64,000 nt of DNA from Escherichia coli (lineage in GTDB: Bacteria; Pseudomonadota; Gammaproteobacteria; Enterobacterales; Enterobacteriaceae): assembly GCF_016026235.1 (NCBI RefSeq), contig NZ_CP065613.1, one strand, 5' to 3'. The position numbers and the translations under genes were made by a program. Positions 27,173 through 39,401 of the stretch are shown here, piece by piece; position 1 is the stretch's first letter, and each line of letters opens with the position of its first letter. The notes beneath the pieces are model-generated. The model did not search any database. It was not told the DNA's origin and saw only the letters and a list, made by a program, of their open reading frames with translations.

Positions 27173-27230
27173 TCAAACAGGAATGTCATGCCAGATAAGG
27201 CGTTTTAGGCCGTATCTGGCAACGTAAATC

Positions 27231-27539
27231 TTACTGGCGGCGATGTCGCCAGTGCAGCCATAGCGCCACCACTGCAAAAATGAGGCAGCCTACTAAAAAC
27301 GGGATCAGCCCGAAAATGGTGCCGACACCTAAACCAATTTCCACCCGTGGGCGACCTGTTTCCTGGACCTGCATTAAACGCTCATAGACGCCGGGCGCAT
27401 GCACTAACAGGTTCAGCAATTGCGCCCCAGCCCAAAAGCAAAACAGCACAAACAACGCATAGGCAATGTTGCCAGGCGTTGAAGAGGCATTGCGATATTT
27501 TCCGCTAAACAGCGATTTTGACAGGGTGAAATCAGCCAT
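27231..27539 (-). CDS. yaiY: inner membrane protein YaiY (DUF2755)
   Basis: 102-aa hydrophobic ORF convergent with yaiW. Confidence 0.9.
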
Positions 27540-27798
27540 AAAAACCTCCGGAAGTCATCTGCTTCTCTTCTGGTGTGATACCAGCGGCTTATGGCAAGTC
27601 TGACAGGTCATTTAGATTGTCAATATCAGAATCATGGTAAATTGATGTTGGGAATATTCCCGAAGCGTGAATCTTCGTTGCGAGTCACAAAATGGCAATC
27701 TTAAGTTAAATTTATTAACAATTATAAAAATGTTGTCTACACCACAGACGGTTGTTGCAGAATATGCAAGGATGTTGTTTTTCGTTAACGGAGCAGCC

Positions 27799-28011
27799 AT
27801 GAATCTGCCTGTAAAAATCCGCCGTGACTGGCACTACTATGCGTTCGCCATTGGCCTTATATTCATTCTTAATGGCGTGGTGGGGTTACTGGGATTTGAA
27901 GCAAAAGGTTGGCAGACCTATGCCGTCGGTCTGGTGACGTGGGTGATTAGTTTCTGGCTGGCGGGGTTGATTATTCGTCGTCGCGATGAAGAAACTGAAA
28001 ACGCCCAATAA
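27799..28011 (+). CDS. yaiZ: small membrane protein YaiZ (DUF2754)
   Basis: ORF 27667..28011; ATG at 27799 (MNLPVKIRRDWHYY...) gives 70 aa. Confidence 0.8.
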   Translation: MNLPVKIRRDWHYYAFAIGLIFILNGVVGLLGFEAKGWQTYAVGLVTWVISFWLAGLIIRRRDEETENAQ

Positions 28012-28034
28012 GAATATTATCGGGCGTTAAAATA

Positions 28035-29129
28035 TTACATTGTGGTTTTCAATGCGTTATCCGCAGCGTGACGCTCCAGCGCCAGCTCAATCAAACGTGT
28101 GATCAGATCGGTGTAACCCAGACCGCTGGCTTGCCACAGCTTCGGATACATACTGATGTTGGTGAAGCCAGGCAGTGTGTTGATCTCGTTGATCACCACT
28201 TCGTTCTCTGGGGTTAAAAACACGTCTACACGCGCCATGCCTGCGCATCCCAACGTCTGATAAGCCTGAACGGCAATCGCCCGGATCTTATCGTTGATTT
28301 CTGGCGCAATGGCTGCCGGAACTACCACTTTCGCGCCATCTTCGTCAATGTACTTGGTGTCGTAGGCATAGAAATCGCTGGTGAGTACGATCTCGCCACA
28401 GGTGCTGGCTTGCGGATTGTCGTTGCCCAGAACTGCGCATTCGATCTCACGACCTTTGATCCCTTGCTCAACGATCACTTTATGATCGAACTCGAACGCC
28501 AGATCGACGGCAATTGCGTACTGTTCTTCACTGGTTACTTTGCTGACACCAACAGAAGAGCCCTGATTAGCCGGTTTTACAAACAGTGGTAACCCCAGTT
28601 TAGACTCCACTTCGGCAAAACTGATGTTGTGACGATTAGCGCGCGTCAGGGTAATAAATGGCGCAATGTTCAGCCCGGCATCGCGCAGCAGACGTTTGGT
28701 GACATCTTTATCCATACAGGCTGCTGAAGCCAGAACATCAGAACCTACAAACGGTAAATTGGCGACCCGCAGCATTCCCTGCAAGGAACCATCTTCGCCC
28801 AGCGTACCGTGGACAATCGGGAAAATGACATCCACCGTCGGCAACGGCTGACCGTTTTGCGCGTCGATAAGCTGATGCTCATGTTTACCTGGCACCTGCG
28901 CAAGGCTGGTCGCCGAAGGGCGCAACGCAATATGGGCAGGATCGTCTGCATTTAGCAGATAATTGCTGGCATCGCTGACGTGCCATTGCCCTTGTTTATC
29001 AATGCCCAGCAGCACAACGTCGAAGCGACTTTTATCAATGGCATCGACAATGTTTTTTGCCGATTGCAGAGACACTTCATGTTCCGCTGATTTACCACCA
29101 AAAACGATTCCTACCCGCAGTTTTTCCAT
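28035..29129 (-). CDS. ddlA: D-alanine--D-alanine ligase A
   Basis: 364 aa; ATP-grasp Ddl sequence. Confidence 0.95.
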   Translation of the reverse strand: MEKLRVGIVFGGKSAEHEVSLQSAKNIVDAIDKSRFDVVLLGIDKQGQWHVSDASNYLLNADDPAHIALRPSATSLAQVPGKHEHQLIDAQNGQPLPTVDVIFPIVHGTLGEDGSLQGMLRVANLPFVGSDVLASAACMDKDVTKRLLRDAGLNIAPFITLTRANRHNISFAEVESKLGLPLFVKPANQGSSVGVSKVTSEEQYAIAVDLAFEFDHKVIVEQGIKGREIECAVLGNDNPQASTCGEIVLTSDFYAYDTKYIDEDGAKVVVPAAIAPEINDKIRAIAVQAYQTLGCAGMARVDVFLTPENEVVINEINTLPGFTNISMYPKLWQASGLGYTDLITRLIELALERHAADNALKTTM

Positions 29130-29592
29130 CTTAAAAACCTATCCCGTCTAACACAAAGTGCATACATTACCACGACAAAACGGGGGATTCGCGGCCTTCT
29201 GAAAGATTGTTGCAATCTTCTGCTGACAAAGCGTGCAACGTACTGGTGAAGAAAGTGCGTTATCTCAAAGATGTGCGCAAGATCACAAAAATGATGAACG
29301 GGAAGCTAATTTATTCCTGGCTTAAATGGCCATGCGGTGAGTTTTTTTTCTCTTAATTATAAGTTAACGAAGAGAATATATTTCATAACTTTTATTTATA
29401 ATAAAGGTTGATAATTAAAAGCCTATATTTTGTGTGGGTAATTATTTAAATAAGAGAAACGTTTCGCTGGTAATCAAACAAAAAATATTTGCGCAAAGTA
29501 TTTCCTTTGTCATAAAAATAATACTTCCAGACACTATGAAGTTGTGAAACATAATGTTAACTTCTCCATACTTTGGATAAGGAAATACAGAC

Positions 29593-29853
29593 ATGAAAAA
29601 TCTCATTGCTGAGTTGTTATTTAAGCTTGCCCAAAAAGAAGAAGAGTCGAAAGAACTGTGTGCGCAGGTAGAAGCTTTGGAGATTATCGTCACTGCAATG
29701 CTTCGCAATATGGCGCAAAATGACCAACAACGGTTGATTGATCAGGTAGAGGGGGCGCTGTACGCGGTAAAGCCCGATGCCAGCATTCCTGACGACGATA
29801 CGGAGCTGCTGCGCGATTACGTAAAGAAGTTATTGAAGCATCCTCGTCAGTAA
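29593..29853 (+). CDS. iraP: anti-adaptor protein IraP
   Basis: 86-aa ORF immediately upstream of phoA. Confidence 0.9.
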   Translation: MKNLIAELLFKLAQKEEESKELCAQVEALEIIVTAMLRNMAQNDQQRLIDQVEGALYAVKPDASIPDDDTELLRDYVKKLLKHPRQ

Positions 29854-29865
29854 AAAGTTAATCTT

Positions 29866-29883
29866 TTCAACAGCTGTCATAAA
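29866..29883 (+). promoter_or_regulatory. putative Pho box upstream of phoA (CTGTCATAAAGTTGTAAC)
   Basis: CTGTCAT-type direct-repeat motif read about 70 bp upstream of the phoA GTG; assignment is from pattern only. Confidence 0.5.
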
Positions 29884-29953
29884 GTTGTAACGGCCGAGAC
29901 TTATAGTCGCTTTGTTTTTATTTTTTTATGTATTTGTACATGGAGAAAATAAA

Positions 29954-31369
29954 GTGAAACAAAGCACTATTGCACTGGCACTCTTACCGTTACTGTTTAC
30001 CCCTGTGACAAAAGCCCGGACACCAGAAATGCCTGTTCTGGAAAACCGGGCTGCTCAGGGCGATATTACTGCACCCGGCGGTGCTCGCCGTTTAACGGGT
30101 GATCAGACCGCCGCTCTGCGTGATTCTCTTAGCGATAAACCTGCAAAAAATATTATTTTGCTGATTGGCGATGGGATGGGGGACTCGGAAATTACTGCCG
30201 CACGCAATTATGCCGAAGGTGCGGGCGGCTTTTTTAAAGGTATAGATGCCTTACCGCTTACCGGGCAATACACTCACTATGCGCTGAATAAAAAAACCGG
30301 CAAACCGGACTACGTCACCGATTCGGCTGCATCAGCAACCGCCTGGTCAACCGGTGTCAAAACCTATAACGGCGCGCTGGGCGTCGATATTCACGAAAAA
30401 GATCACCCAACGATTCTGGAAATGGCAAAAGCCGCAGGTCTGGCGACCGGTAACGTTTCTACCGCAGAGTTGCAGGATGCCACGCCCGCTGCGCTGGTGG
30501 CGCATGTGACCTCGCGCAAATGCTACGGTCCGGGCGCGACCAGTGAAAAATGTCCGGGTAACGCTCTGGAAAAAGGCGGAAAAGGATCGATTACCGAACA
30601 GCTGCTTAACGCTCGTGCCGACGTTACGCTTGGCGGCGGCGCAAAAACCTTTGCTGAAACGGCAACCGCTGGTGAATGGCAGGGAAAAACGCTGCGTGAA
30701 CAGGCACAGGCGCGTGGTTATCAGTTGGTGAGCGATGCTGCCTCACTGAATTCGGTGACGGAAGCGAATCAGCAAAAACCCCTGCTTGGCCTGTTTGCTG
30801 ACGGCAATATGCCAGTGCGCTGGCTAGGACCGAAAGCAACGTACCACGGTAATATCGATAAGCCCGCAGTCACCTGTACGCCTAATCCGCAACGTAATGA
30901 CAGTGTACCGACCCTGGCACAGATGACCGACAAAGCCATTGAATTGTTGAGTAAAAATGAGAAAGGCTTTTTCCTGCAAGTTGAAGGTGCGTCAATCGAT
31001 AAACAGGATCATGCTGCGAATCCTTGTGGGCAAATTGGCGAGACGGTCGATCTCGATGAAGCCGTACAACGGGCGCTGGAATTCGCCAAAAAGGATGGTA
31101 ACACGCTGGTCATAGTCACCGCTGATCACGCCCACGCCAGCCAGATTGTTGCGCCGGATACCAAAGCTCCGGGCCTCACCCAGGCGCTAAATACCAAAGA
31201 TGGCGCAGTGATGGTGATGAGTTACGGGAACTCCGAAGAGGATTCACAAGAACATACCGGCAGTCAGTTGCGTATTGCGGCGTATGGCCCGCATGCCGCC
31301 AATGTCGTTGGACTGACCGACCAGACCGATCTCTTCTACACCATGAAAGCCGCTCTGGGGCTGAAATAA
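29954..31369 (+). CDS. phoA: alkaline phosphatase
   Basis: ORF 29912..31369; GTG at 29954 ([21 protein letters not shown]) preceded by GGAGAAAATAAA gives 471 aa. Confidence 0.95.
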   Translation: MKQSTIALALLPLLFTPVTKARTPEMPVLENRAAQGDITAPGGARRLTGDQTAALRDSLSDKPAKNIILLIGDGMGDSEITAARNYAEGAGGFFKGIDALPLTGQYTHYALNKKTGKPDYVTDSAASATAWSTGVKTYNGALGVDIHEKDHPTILEMAKAAGLATGNVSTAELQDATPAALVAHVTSRKCYGPGATSEKCPGNALEKGGKGSITEQLLNARADVTLGGGAKTFAETATAGEWQGKTLREQAQARGYQLVSDAASLNSVTEANQQKPLLGLFADGNMPVRWLGPKATYHGNIDKPAVTCTPNPQRNDSVPTLAQMTDKAIELLSKNEKGFFLQVEGASIDKQDHAANPCGQIGETVDLDEAVQRALEFAKKDGNTLVIVTADHAHASQIVAPDTKAPGLTQALNTKDGAVMVMSYGNSEEDSQEHTGSQLRIAAYGPHAANVVGLTDQTDLFYTMKAALGLK

Positions 31370-31373
31370 AACC

Positions 31374-31412
31374 GCGCCCGGCAGTGAATTTTCGCTGCCG
31401 GGTGGTTTTTTT
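31374..31412 (+). terminator. rho-independent terminator after phoA
   Basis: Stem CCCGGCAG...CTGCCGGG followed by a T7 run. Confidence 0.7.
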
Positions 31413-31487
31413 GCTGTTAGCAACCAGACTTAATGGCAGATCACGGGCGCATACGCTCATGGTTAAAACATGAAGAGGGATGGTGCT

Positions 31488-31808
31488 ATGAAAATTACAT
31501 TACTGGTTACCTTGCTTTTCGGTCTGGTTTTTTTAACCACCGTCGGCGCTGCCGAGAGAACCTTAACCCCACAACAACAGCGTATGACCTCCTGTAATCA
31601 GCAGGCGACGGCACAGGCGTTGAAAGGGGATGCTCGTAAGACCTACATGAGTGATTGCCTGAAGAACAGCAAGTCTGCGCCTGGTGAAAAAAGTTTGACG
31701 CCACAGCAGCAAAAGATGCGCGAATGTAATAATCAAGCAACGCAACAATCACTGAAAGGTGATGATCGTAATAAGTTTATGAGCGCCTGCCTCAAGAAAG
31801 CCGCCTGA
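31488..31808 (+). CDS. psiF: phosphate starvation-inducible protein PsiF
   Basis: ORF 31470..31808; ATG at 31488 gives 106 aa; internally duplicated motif (LTPQQQ...CN.QAT.Q.LKGD). Confidence 0.9.
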   Translation: MKITLLVTLLFGLVFLTTVGAAERTLTPQQQRMTSCNQQATAQALKGDARKTYMSDCLKNSKSAPGEKSLTPQQQKMRECNNQATQQSLKGDDRNKFMSACLKKAA

Positions 31809-31909
31809 TACCTGATAGTGCTAACGGGTGAGCTACTAAAATGGCTCACCCGAAATTTCATACTTCTGCCTTTAGCCCCGTCTCTATAATTTGGGAAAAT
31901 TGTTTCTGA

Positions 31910-33025
31910 ATGTTCCCAAAAATAATGAATGATGAAAACTTTTTCAAAAAAGCGGCGGCGCACGGGGAGGAACCTCCTTTAACTCCTCAAAACGAACATC
32001 AGCGGTCCGGGCTGCGCTTCGCCCGTCGCGTCAGACTACCCCGCGCGGTTGGCCTGGCTGGCATGTTCTTACCGATTGCTTCAACGCTGGTTTCGCACCC
32101 GCCGCCGGGCTGGTGGTGGCTGGTGTTGGTCGGCTGGGCGTTCGTCTGGCCGCATTTAGCCTGGCAGATAGCGAGCAGGGCCGTCGATCCGCTTAGCCGG
32201 GAAATTTACAACTTAAAAACCGATGCAGTATTAGCGGGAATGTGGGTAGGCGTAATGGGCGTAAACGTGCTGCCTTCCACCGCGATGTTGATGATTATGT
32301 GTCTGAATTTGATGGGGGCAGGCGGCCCCCGTCTGTTTGTCGCGGGTCTGGTGTTGATGGTGGTTTCCTGCCTTGTCACCCTCGAGCTGACGGGCATTAC
32401 CGTGTCGTTCAATAGTGCGCCGCTGGAATGGTGGCTCTCCCTTCCCATTATTGTCATTTATCCTCTGCTGTTTGGCTGGGTCAGCTACCAGACGGCAACC
32501 AAACTGGCGGAACATAAACGCAGGTTGCAGGTCATGAGTACCCGCGACGGCATGACGGGCGTGTATAACCGACGTCATTGGGAAACTATGTTACGCAATG
32601 AATTTGATAACTGTCGGCGGCATAATCGCGATGCAACGTTACTGATTATCGATATCGACCATTTCAAGAGCATCAACGATACCTGGGGCCATGATGTGGG
32701 CGATGAAGCGATTGTGGCGCTTACCCGACAGTTACAAATTACCCTGCGCGGTAGCGATGTGATTGGTCGGTTTGGCGGCGATGAGTTTGCAGTAATCATG
32801 TCCGGTACGCCAGCTGAGAGCGCCATTACCGCCATGTTACGGGTGCATGAAGGGCTAAATACATTACGTTTGCCGAATACGCCACAGGTAACTTTACGGA
32901 TTAGTGTGGGGGTTGCGCCGCTGAACCCACAAATGAGTCACTATCGTGAGTGGTTGAAATCGGCAGATTTGGCGCTTTACAAAGCAAAGAAAGCCGGACG
33001 TAACCGCACCGAAGTGGCGGCCTGA
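31910..33025 (+). CDS. dgcC: diguanylate cyclase (GGDEF), AdrA/DgcC
   Basis: 371 aa; N-terminal membrane domain, C-terminal GGDEF (RFGGDEF). Confidence 0.9.
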   Translation: MFPKIMNDENFFKKAAAHGEEPPLTPQNEHQRSGLRFARRVRLPRAVGLAGMFLPIASTLVSHPPPGWWWLVLVGWAFVWPHLAWQIASRAVDPLSREIYNLKTDAVLAGMWVGVMGVNVLPSTAMLMIMCLNLMGAGGPRLFVAGLVLMVVSCLVTLELTGITVSFNSAPLEWWLSLPIIVIYPLLFGWVSYQTATKLAEHKRRLQVMSTRDGMTGVYNRRHWETMLRNEFDNCRRHNRDATLLIIDIDHFKSINDTWGHDVGDEAIVALTRQLQITLRGSDVIGRFGGDEFAVIMSGTPAESAITAMLRVHEGLNTLRLPNTPQVTLRISVGVAPLNPQMSHYREWLKSADLALYKAKKAGRNRTEVAA

Positions 33026-33041
33026 CGTCCGGCGAAAGTCA

Positions 33042-33851
33042 TCAGGATTTGCTGAGTTTTTCTGATTTTTCCATACACTTCGTCATCGCTTCGATCACTG
33101 CAGCACGGAAGCCTTTCTCTTCCAGTACGCGTACCGCTTCAATGGTGGTGCCTCCCGGTGAGCAGACCATATCTTTCAGTGCCCCCGGATGTTCTCCCGT
33201 TTCCAGCACCATTTTTGCGGAACCCATTACCGCCTGAGCGGCAAATTTATACGCCTGGGCGCGTGGCATCCCGCCCAGCACGGCGGCGTCGGCCATCGCT
33301 TCGATAAACATAAATACGTAGGCTGGCGAAGAACCGCTCACACCGACCACTGGGTGGATCATCGGCTCAGCAATTACTTCCGCTTCGCCAAAGCAGCGGA
33401 AAATATTCAGCACATCAGCGGTATCTTCTGGGGTTACCAGCGCGTTTGGCGTTACCGAGGTCATCCCGGCATTAACCAGCGCGGGAGTGTTCGGCATGGC
33501 GCGGATAATTTTCCGATCATGGCCCAGCGCGCGGGCAAGCTGGTCGAGCGTGACACCTGCTGCAATAGAAACGACCAGAGAGTCTTTATTCAGGCTGGAG
33601 GTGATTTCGCTAAGCACTTTAATCATGATGCCAGGTTTAACGGCGGCAAAAATGATGTCGGCGATTTGCACCACTTCTTGCGCCGATTCTGCGGCGTTGA
33701 TGCCGAACTGGTCATGCAGGGCGGCGACTTTATCCGGGGAGGGGGTGTATACCCAGATTTGCCCTGGAAGCACCTGACCGCTGGCAATCAGACCGCCGAG
33801 AATGGCTTTTCCCATATTGCCGCAGCCAATAAAACCGATTTTCTTTTCCAT
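33042..33851 (-). CDS. proC: pyrroline-5-carboxylate reductase
   Basis: ORF 33042..33959; ATG at 33851 ([18 protein letters not shown]) gives 269 aa. Confidence 0.95.
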   Translation of the reverse strand: MEKKIGFIGCGNMGKAILGGLIASGQVLPGQIWVYTPSPDKVAALHDQFGINAAESAQEVVQIADIIFAAVKPGIMIKVLSEITSSLNKDSLVVSIAAGVTLDQLARALGHDRKIIRAMPNTPALVNAGMTSVTPNALVTPEDTADVLNIFRCFGEAEVIAEPMIHPVVGVSGSSPAYVFMFIEAMADAAVLGGMPRAQAYKFAAQAVMGSAKMVLETGEHPGALKDMVCSPGGTTIEAVRVLEEKGFRAAVIEAMTKCMEKSEKLSKS

Positions 33852-33970
33852 TGCCTCACTCCTGCCGTGAAATTCATTGTTTTGATAATCGCTGGCAGAA
33901 GCATAAACAGAACTATGCCGGAAGGCAAAAGCGCGACACAATAGAGGATTACCCAACAAAGGATGACTTT

Positions 33971-34429
33971 ATGACAATTTGGGTGGATGCCGACGCGTGT
34001 CCCAATGTAATTAAAGAGATTTTGTATCGCGCGGCGGAACGTATGCAGATGCCGCTGGTACTGGTAGCAAACCAGAGTTTACGCGTGCCGCCATCGCGAT
34101 TTATTCGTACGCTGCGCGTCGCGGCAGGTTTCGACGTTGCCGATAACGAAATTGTCCGGCAGTGTGAAGCGGGCGATTTGGTGATCACCGCAGATATACC
34201 TTTGGCTGCTGAAGCCATCGAGAAAGGCGCTGCGGCGCTTAATCCGCGCGGTGAACGTTACACGCCAGCGACCATTCGTGAGCGCCTGACGATGCGCGAT
34301 TTTATGGATACCTTACGTGCCAGTGGGATCCAGACCGGCGGACCAGATAGCCTTTCACAACGTGACCGCCAGGCCTTTGCCGCGGAGCTGGAGAAGTGGT
34401 GGCTGGAAGTGCAACGTAGTCGTGGCTAA
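33971..34429 (+). CDS. yaiI: UPF0178 protein YaiI
   Basis: ORF 33851..34429; ATG at 33971 ([12 protein letters not shown]...) gives 152 aa. Confidence 0.85.
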   Translation: MTIWVDADACPNVIKEILYRAAERMQMPLVLVANQSLRVPPSRFIRTLRVAAGFDVADNEIVRQCEAGDLVITADIPLAAEAIEKGAAALNPRGERYTPATIRERLTMRDFMDTLRASGIQTGGPDSLSQRDRQAFAAELEKWWLEVQRSRG

Positions 34430-34430
34430 A

Positions 34431-34560
34431 TGTAATTTATTATTTACACTTCATTCTTGAATATTTATTGGTATAGTAAGGGATGTATTGAGGTTTTCAC
34501 TTTAAGTGGAATTTTTTCTTTACAATCGAAATTGTACTAGTTTGATGGTATGATCGCTAT
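34431..34560 (+). promoter_or_regulatory. aroL promoter region with TyrR-box-like motifs (TGTAATTTATTATTTACA 34431-34448; TGGAATTTTTTCTTTACA 34507-34524), a TrpR-like GTACTAGTT core (~34534-34542) and a candidate -10 TATGAT
   Basis: Motifs read directly and match the TGTAAA-N6-TTTACA TyrR box pattern; aroL is known to be TyrR/TrpR regulated. Confidence 0.6.
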
Positions 34561-34611
34561 TCTCATGACACCGGCTTTCGCCGCATTGCGACCTATTGGG
34601 GAAAACCCACG

Positions 34612-35136
34612 ATGACACAACCTCTTTTTCTGATCGGGCCTCGGGGCTGTGGTAAAACAACGGTCGGAATGGCCCTTGCCGATTCGCTTAACCATCGGTT
34701 TGTCGATACCGATCAGTGGTTGCAATCACAGCTCAATATGACGGTCGCGGAGATCGTCGAAAGGGAAGAGTGGGCGGGATTCCGAGCCAGAGAAACGGCG
34801 GCGCTGGAAGCGGTAACTGCGCCATCCACCGTTATCGCCACGGGCGGCGGCATTATTCTGACGGAATTTAATCGTCACTTCATGCAAAATAACGGGATCG
34901 TGGTTTATTTGTGTGCGCCAGTATCAGTCCTGGTTAACCGACTGCAAGCTGCACCGGAAGAAGATTTACGGCCAACCTTAACGGGAAAACCGCTGAGCGA
35001 AGAAGTTCAGGAAGTGCTGGAAGAACGCGATGCGCTATATCGCGAAGTTGCGCATATTATCATCGACGCAACAAACGAACCCAGCCAGGTGATTTCTGAA
35101 ATTCGCAGCGCCCTGGCACAGACGATCAATTGTTGA
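34612..35136 (+). CDS. aroL: shikimate kinase II
   Basis: 174 aa; P-loop GPRGCGKTT. Confidence 0.95.
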   Translation: MTQPLFLIGPRGCGKTTVGMALADSLNHRFVDTDQWLQSQLNMTVAEIVEREEWAGFRARETAALEAVTAPSTVIATGGGIILTEFNRHFMQNNGIVVYLCAPVSVLVNRLQAAPEEDLRPTLTGKPLSEEVQEVLEERDALYREVAHIIIDATNEPSQVISEIRSALAQTINC

Positions 35137-35176
35137 TTTTCGAGCGCCTATACTTAACGTTCATCCCGTGAAATAA

Positions 35177-35377
<201 letters not shown>

Positions 35378-35634
35378 CCGCATCAGACTGCTCGGAAGGG
35401 ATTCTGAGTGCCACTACAAGGGATCTGCGTCACATTTTTCATAATTCATGTTTTTCAAATAATTAGAATATTAAACAATAACAATCCATTACTGGAATCA
35501 TTTGGAATCTTTACATTATGCCGTGCACGTCTGCTGCTACGCTTTTTGTCATTTGTAGCACAAGTAAGTGTCAGCAGTGGTGCTTAACACTTGCCCGGTA
35601 ATTAACGACGAAATAAAAGTAAGGTGGAAGAACA

Positions 35635-36312
35635 ATGAGTGCGTCGTTGGCGATTCTAACCATCGGCATTGTACCTATGCAGGAAGTTTTGCCGCTCCTG
35701 ACAGAATACATTGACGAAGATAATATTTCCCATCATAGCCTGCTGGGGAAGTTAAGCCGCGAAGAAGTGATGGCGGAGTACGCGCCAGAAGCAGGCGAAG
35801 ACACAATTCTCACATTATTAAATGACAACCATCTGGCCCATGTTTCGCGTCGCAAAGTAGAGCGTGACCTGCAAGGTGTGGTTGAAGTGCTCGATAATCA
35901 GGGCTACGACGTCATTATATTAATGAGTACGGCAAACATTAGTAGTATGACTGCGCGTAATACGATCTTTCTTGAGCCGTCGCGGATATTGCCACCGCTG
36001 GTTTCCTCTATTGTTGAAGATCATCAGGTGGGGGTTATCGTACCGGTTGAGGAGTTGCTGACCGTTCAGGCGCAAAAATGGCAAATTTTGCAGAAACCGC
36101 CGGTATTTTCATTGGGTAACCCCATTCATGATTCAGAACAAAAAATCATTGATGCCGGGAAAGAATTACTGGCGAAAGGCGCAGATGTCATCATGCTGGA
36201 TTGTTTGGGATTTAACCAGCGTCATCGCGATTTACTGCAAAAACAGCTCGATGTTCCTGTCTTGCTCTCTAACGTATTGATTGCACGGTTGGCTGCGGAA
36301 TTACTGGTGTAA
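35635..36312 (+). CDS. aroM: AroM family protein
   Basis: 225-aa ORF in conserved position. Confidence 0.9.
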   Translation: MSASLAILTIGIVPMQEVLPLLTEYIDEDNISHHSLLGKLSREEVMAEYAPEAGEDTILTLLNDNHLAHVSRRKVERDLQGVVEVLDNQGYDVIILMSTANISSMTARNTIFLEPSRILPPLVSSIVEDHQVGVIVPVEELLTVQAQKWQILQKPPVFSLGNPIHDSEQKIIDAGKELLAKGADVIMLDCLGFNQRHRDLLQKQLDVPVLLSNVLIARLAAELLV

Positions 36313-36383
36313 TTTTGCGTGACAGCCAGCGCCTCTGGCCCCTATAGTGAAGTAGATGTTCAACTACCAGACAGGGCCAGTTT

Positions 36384-36668
36384 ATGCTTCAAAGTAATGA
36401 GTACTTTTCCGGCAAAGTGAAATCGATCGGCTTTTCCAGCAGCAGCACTGGTCGCGCCAGCGTGGGTGTTATGGTTGAAGGCGAATACACCTTCAGCACC
36501 GCTGAGCCGGAAGAGATGACGGTAATCAGTGGCGCGCTGAATGTGTTACTGCCTGACGCGACCGACTGGCAAGTGTTTGAAGCCGGTTCGGTGTTTAATG
36601 TTCCCGGTCACAGTGAGTTTCATCTGCAAGTTGCCGAACCCACCTCTTATCTGTGCCGCTATCTGTAA
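36384..36668 (+). CDS. ppnP: pyrimidine/purine nucleoside phosphorylase PpnP (YaiE)
   Basis: 94-aa ORF ([17 protein letters not shown]...). Confidence 0.9.
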   Translation: MLQSNEYFSGKVKSIGFSSSSTGRASVGVMVEGEYTFSTAEPEEMTVISGALNVLLPDATDWQVFEAGSVFNVPGHSEFHLQVAEPTSYLCRYL

Positions 36669-36875
36669 TTCCTCGCCTTCCCCTTGAACGGGAGGGCATT
36701 TTTCTGAAATATCCTTTCTTTAACCCATAATAATATTTCCTTTGCTGCGATTTTTTCAATTTCCGATATATTCATAATTTATCAAGGTTGATATAAATAT
36801 CAGTGAAGATCTCCAGATATTGTTGCGGAACTGGCTACGATAAAAGATAAATCAGATGATGAATGGTGGCGTGCA

Positions 36876-37148
36876 TTGCTGCAAAGTCGCAATGATCATT
36901 TGCGCCAAACGGCATTACGCAACGCACATACCCCGGCGTCGTTGTTAACGACATTGACCGAGTCTCGGCATCGGTCGCTAGCTATGAATAATCCACAGCT
37001 CGCTGCCGATGTGAAAACGACGTGGTTAAAAGAGGATCCATCATTACTCTTATTTGTCGAACAACCCGATCTTTCGCTGTTACGGGATTTAGTGAAAACC
37101 GGGGCAATGCGGAAAATTCGCAGTGAAGCGCGTCACTGGCTTGAGTAA
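36876..37148 (+). pseudogene. ykiA: ykiA-like ORF with TTG start; reading frame is open from 36807 with no ATG upstream
   Basis: ORF-track start codon is TTG; the same frame stays open upstream to a TGA at 36804-36806; lies at the ykiA position between ppnP and rdgC. Confidence 0.4.
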
Positions 37149-37259
37149 AAACAATGACACAACGTCCATGGAGCAAGTTACAGCATAAAACGCATAATAT
37201 TGCTGCGCTAAAAATTATTGCCCGCCGTAGCGAATAATTATATGCCTGGTGTGGCTTCG

Positions 37260-37297
37260 TACGCCGGATAAGACGCGGCAGGCGTCGCATCCGGCAT
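37260..37297. repeat. single REP element
   Basis: GCCGGATAAGACGCGGCAGGCGTCGCATCCGGC palindrome. Confidence 0.7.
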
Positions 37298-37314
37298 TTA
37301 AGGAAAATCAGCAA

Positions 37315-38226
37315 TTAACGTTGTGCTTCGCCACCTAATCCTTCAATCAGGTTTTGAATTAACGCTGCCAGTTCACCAGTCATCAGGATGAAATCGGCAT
37401 CAAAACGCTGGGCGAAATCTTCACGGTCGATATCTTCGTTTTGATCGCGCAGCTCGTCGCAGAACTTCAGACGCTTGAGCGAACCATCGTCGCACATCAC
37501 AAACTGAATGCGCTGCTGCCAGTCGAGCGCCAGTTTAGTCACCACTTTTCCGGCTTCAATGTGATTGGTGATCTCTTCGCTGGTCAGATCTTGTTTCTTC
37601 GCGCGGATCACTCCGCCATCTTCCAGCAACGATTTCAGCTCGGCTTCATCAAGCAGCTGGAAGCCCTGTGCCGCACTACCGGAACGTACCCATTCGGTCA
37701 GCGTCAGTTCAATCGGGTTTTCCATGCTCAATGGTACAACCGGTAACGACCCCAGGCTTTTACGCAGCAGTGCCAGCGTATCTTCCGCTTTTTTGGCACT
37801 GGCGCAGTCCACCATAATCAAACCGTTAACCGTGTCGATCCACATCATTGTCTGGCTAAAACGGCTGAAAGCACGCGGCAGCAGAGAGTGCAGCACTTCG
37901 TCTTTCAGCGAATCTTTTTCGGTTTTCTTCAGCTTACGCGCCTGTTCCGCTTCCAGTTTGGCGATTTTCGCTTCCAGCGCCTGTTTAATCACCGGAGACG
38001 GTAGGATTTTTTCTTCTTTGCGCGCGCAGATAACAATTTGACCATTGGCAACGTGCGTTAACGCATCGCTGTGCGATCCCATCGGAGGAACCCAGCCCAT
38101 CTTCGCCATGTCCTGGCTGCCGCATGGGGTAAATGCCATCGAGGCTAGCTGTTTTTCCATCTCTTCTGCACGCAGCGAAATCTCGCGGCTAAGACGGTAA
38201 ACCATTAAATTTTTGAACCACAGCAT
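37315..38226 (-). CDS. rdgC: recombination-associated protein RdgC
   Basis: ORF 37315..38298; ATG at 38226 ([12 protein letters not shown]...) gives 303 aa. Confidence 0.95.
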
Positions 38227-38350
38227 GATAATTTCCACGGCCTTGTCGTTAAATTTAGCGGGCATGATAACGAATTGTCGGCGGCCTTGCATTGCCAATC
38301 CGGTTGTCCGTCTCTACGCTATTGATATTGAAAAAAATAAGGAGAGTACC

Positions 38351-39259
38351 GTGCGTATAGGTATCGATTTAGGCGGCACCAAAACTGAAGTGATTGCACT
38401 GGGCGATGCAGGGGAGCAGTTGTACCGCCATCGTCTGCCCACGCCGCGTGATGATTACCGGCAGACTATTGAAACGATCGCCACGTTGGTTGATATGGCG
38501 GAGCAGGCGACGGGGCAGCGCGGAACGGTAGGTATGGGCATTCCTGGCTCAATTTCGCCTTACACCGGTGTGGTGAAGAATGCCAATTCAACCTGGCTCA
38601 ACGGTCAGCCATTCGATAAAGACTTAAGCGCGAGGTTGCAGCGGGAAGTGCGGCTGGCAAATGATGCCAACTGTCTGGCGGTTTCAGAAGCAGTAGATGG
38701 CGCGGCAGAGGGAGCGCAGACGGTATTTGCCGTGATTATCGGCACGGGATGCGGCGCGGGCGTGGCATTCAATGGGCGGGCGCATATCGGCGGCAATGGC
38801 ACGGCAGGTGAGTGGGGACACAATCCGCTACCGTGGATGGACGAAGACGAACTGCGTTATCGCGAGGAAGTCCCTTGTTATTGCGGTAAACAAGGTTGTA
38901 TTGAAACCTTTATTTCGGGCACGGGATTCGCGACGGATTATCGTCGTTTGAGCGGACATGCGCTGAAAGGCAGTGAAATTATCCGCCTGGTTGAAGAAAG
39001 CGATCCGGTAGCGGAACTGGCATTGCGTCGCTACGAGCTGCGGCTGGCAAAATCGCTGGCACATGTCGTGAATATTCTCGATCCGGATGTGATTGTCCTG
39101 GGGGGCGGGATGAGCAATGTAGACCGTTTATATCAAACGGTTCCGCAGTTGATTAAACAATTTGTCTTCGGCGGCGAATGTGAAACGCCGGTGCGTAAGG
39201 CGAAGCACGGTGATTCCAGCGGCGTACGCGGCGCTGCGTGGTTATGGCCACAAGAGTAA
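38351..39259 (+). CDS. mak: fructokinase / manno(fructo)kinase (ROK family)
   Basis: ORF 38213..39259; GTG at 38351 ([14 protein letters not shown]) preceded by AAGGAGAG gives 302 aa. Confidence 0.9.
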   Translation: MRIGIDLGGTKTEVIALGDAGEQLYRHRLPTPRDDYRQTIETIATLVDMAEQATGQRGTVGMGIPGSISPYTGVVKNANSTWLNGQPFDKDLSARLQREVRLANDANCLAVSEAVDGAAEGAQTVFAVIIGTGCGAGVAFNGRAHIGGNGTAGEWGHNPLPWMDEDELRYREEVPCYCGKQGCIETFISGTGFATDYRRLSGHALKGSEIIRLVEESDPVAELALRRYELRLAKSLAHVVNILDPDVIVLGGGMSNVDRLYQTVPQLIKQFVFGGECETPVRKAKHGDSSGVRGAAWLWPQE

Positions 39260-39283
39260 AAAACCCAGGCAATTGGCGCATCA

Positions 39284-39374
39284 TGCCTGATGCGACGCTT
39301 GCCGCGTCTTATCAGGCCTACAAAATGTGCCAGAACCGCGTAGGGCGGATAAGGCGTTCACGCCGCATCCGGCA
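39284..39374. repeat. REP pair (BIME) in the mak-araJ intergenic region
   Basis: GCCTGATGCGACGCTTGCCGCGTCTTATCAGGCCTAC ... GGGCGGATAAGGCGTTCACGCCGCATCCGGC. Confidence 0.8.
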
Positions 39375-39401
39375 ATAAGCAACGCACACCGTGACAGTAA
39401 T

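Noticed and set aside
33189-33944. 251-aa plus-strand ORF overlapping proC
   Set aside because: Antisense shadow ORF of proC
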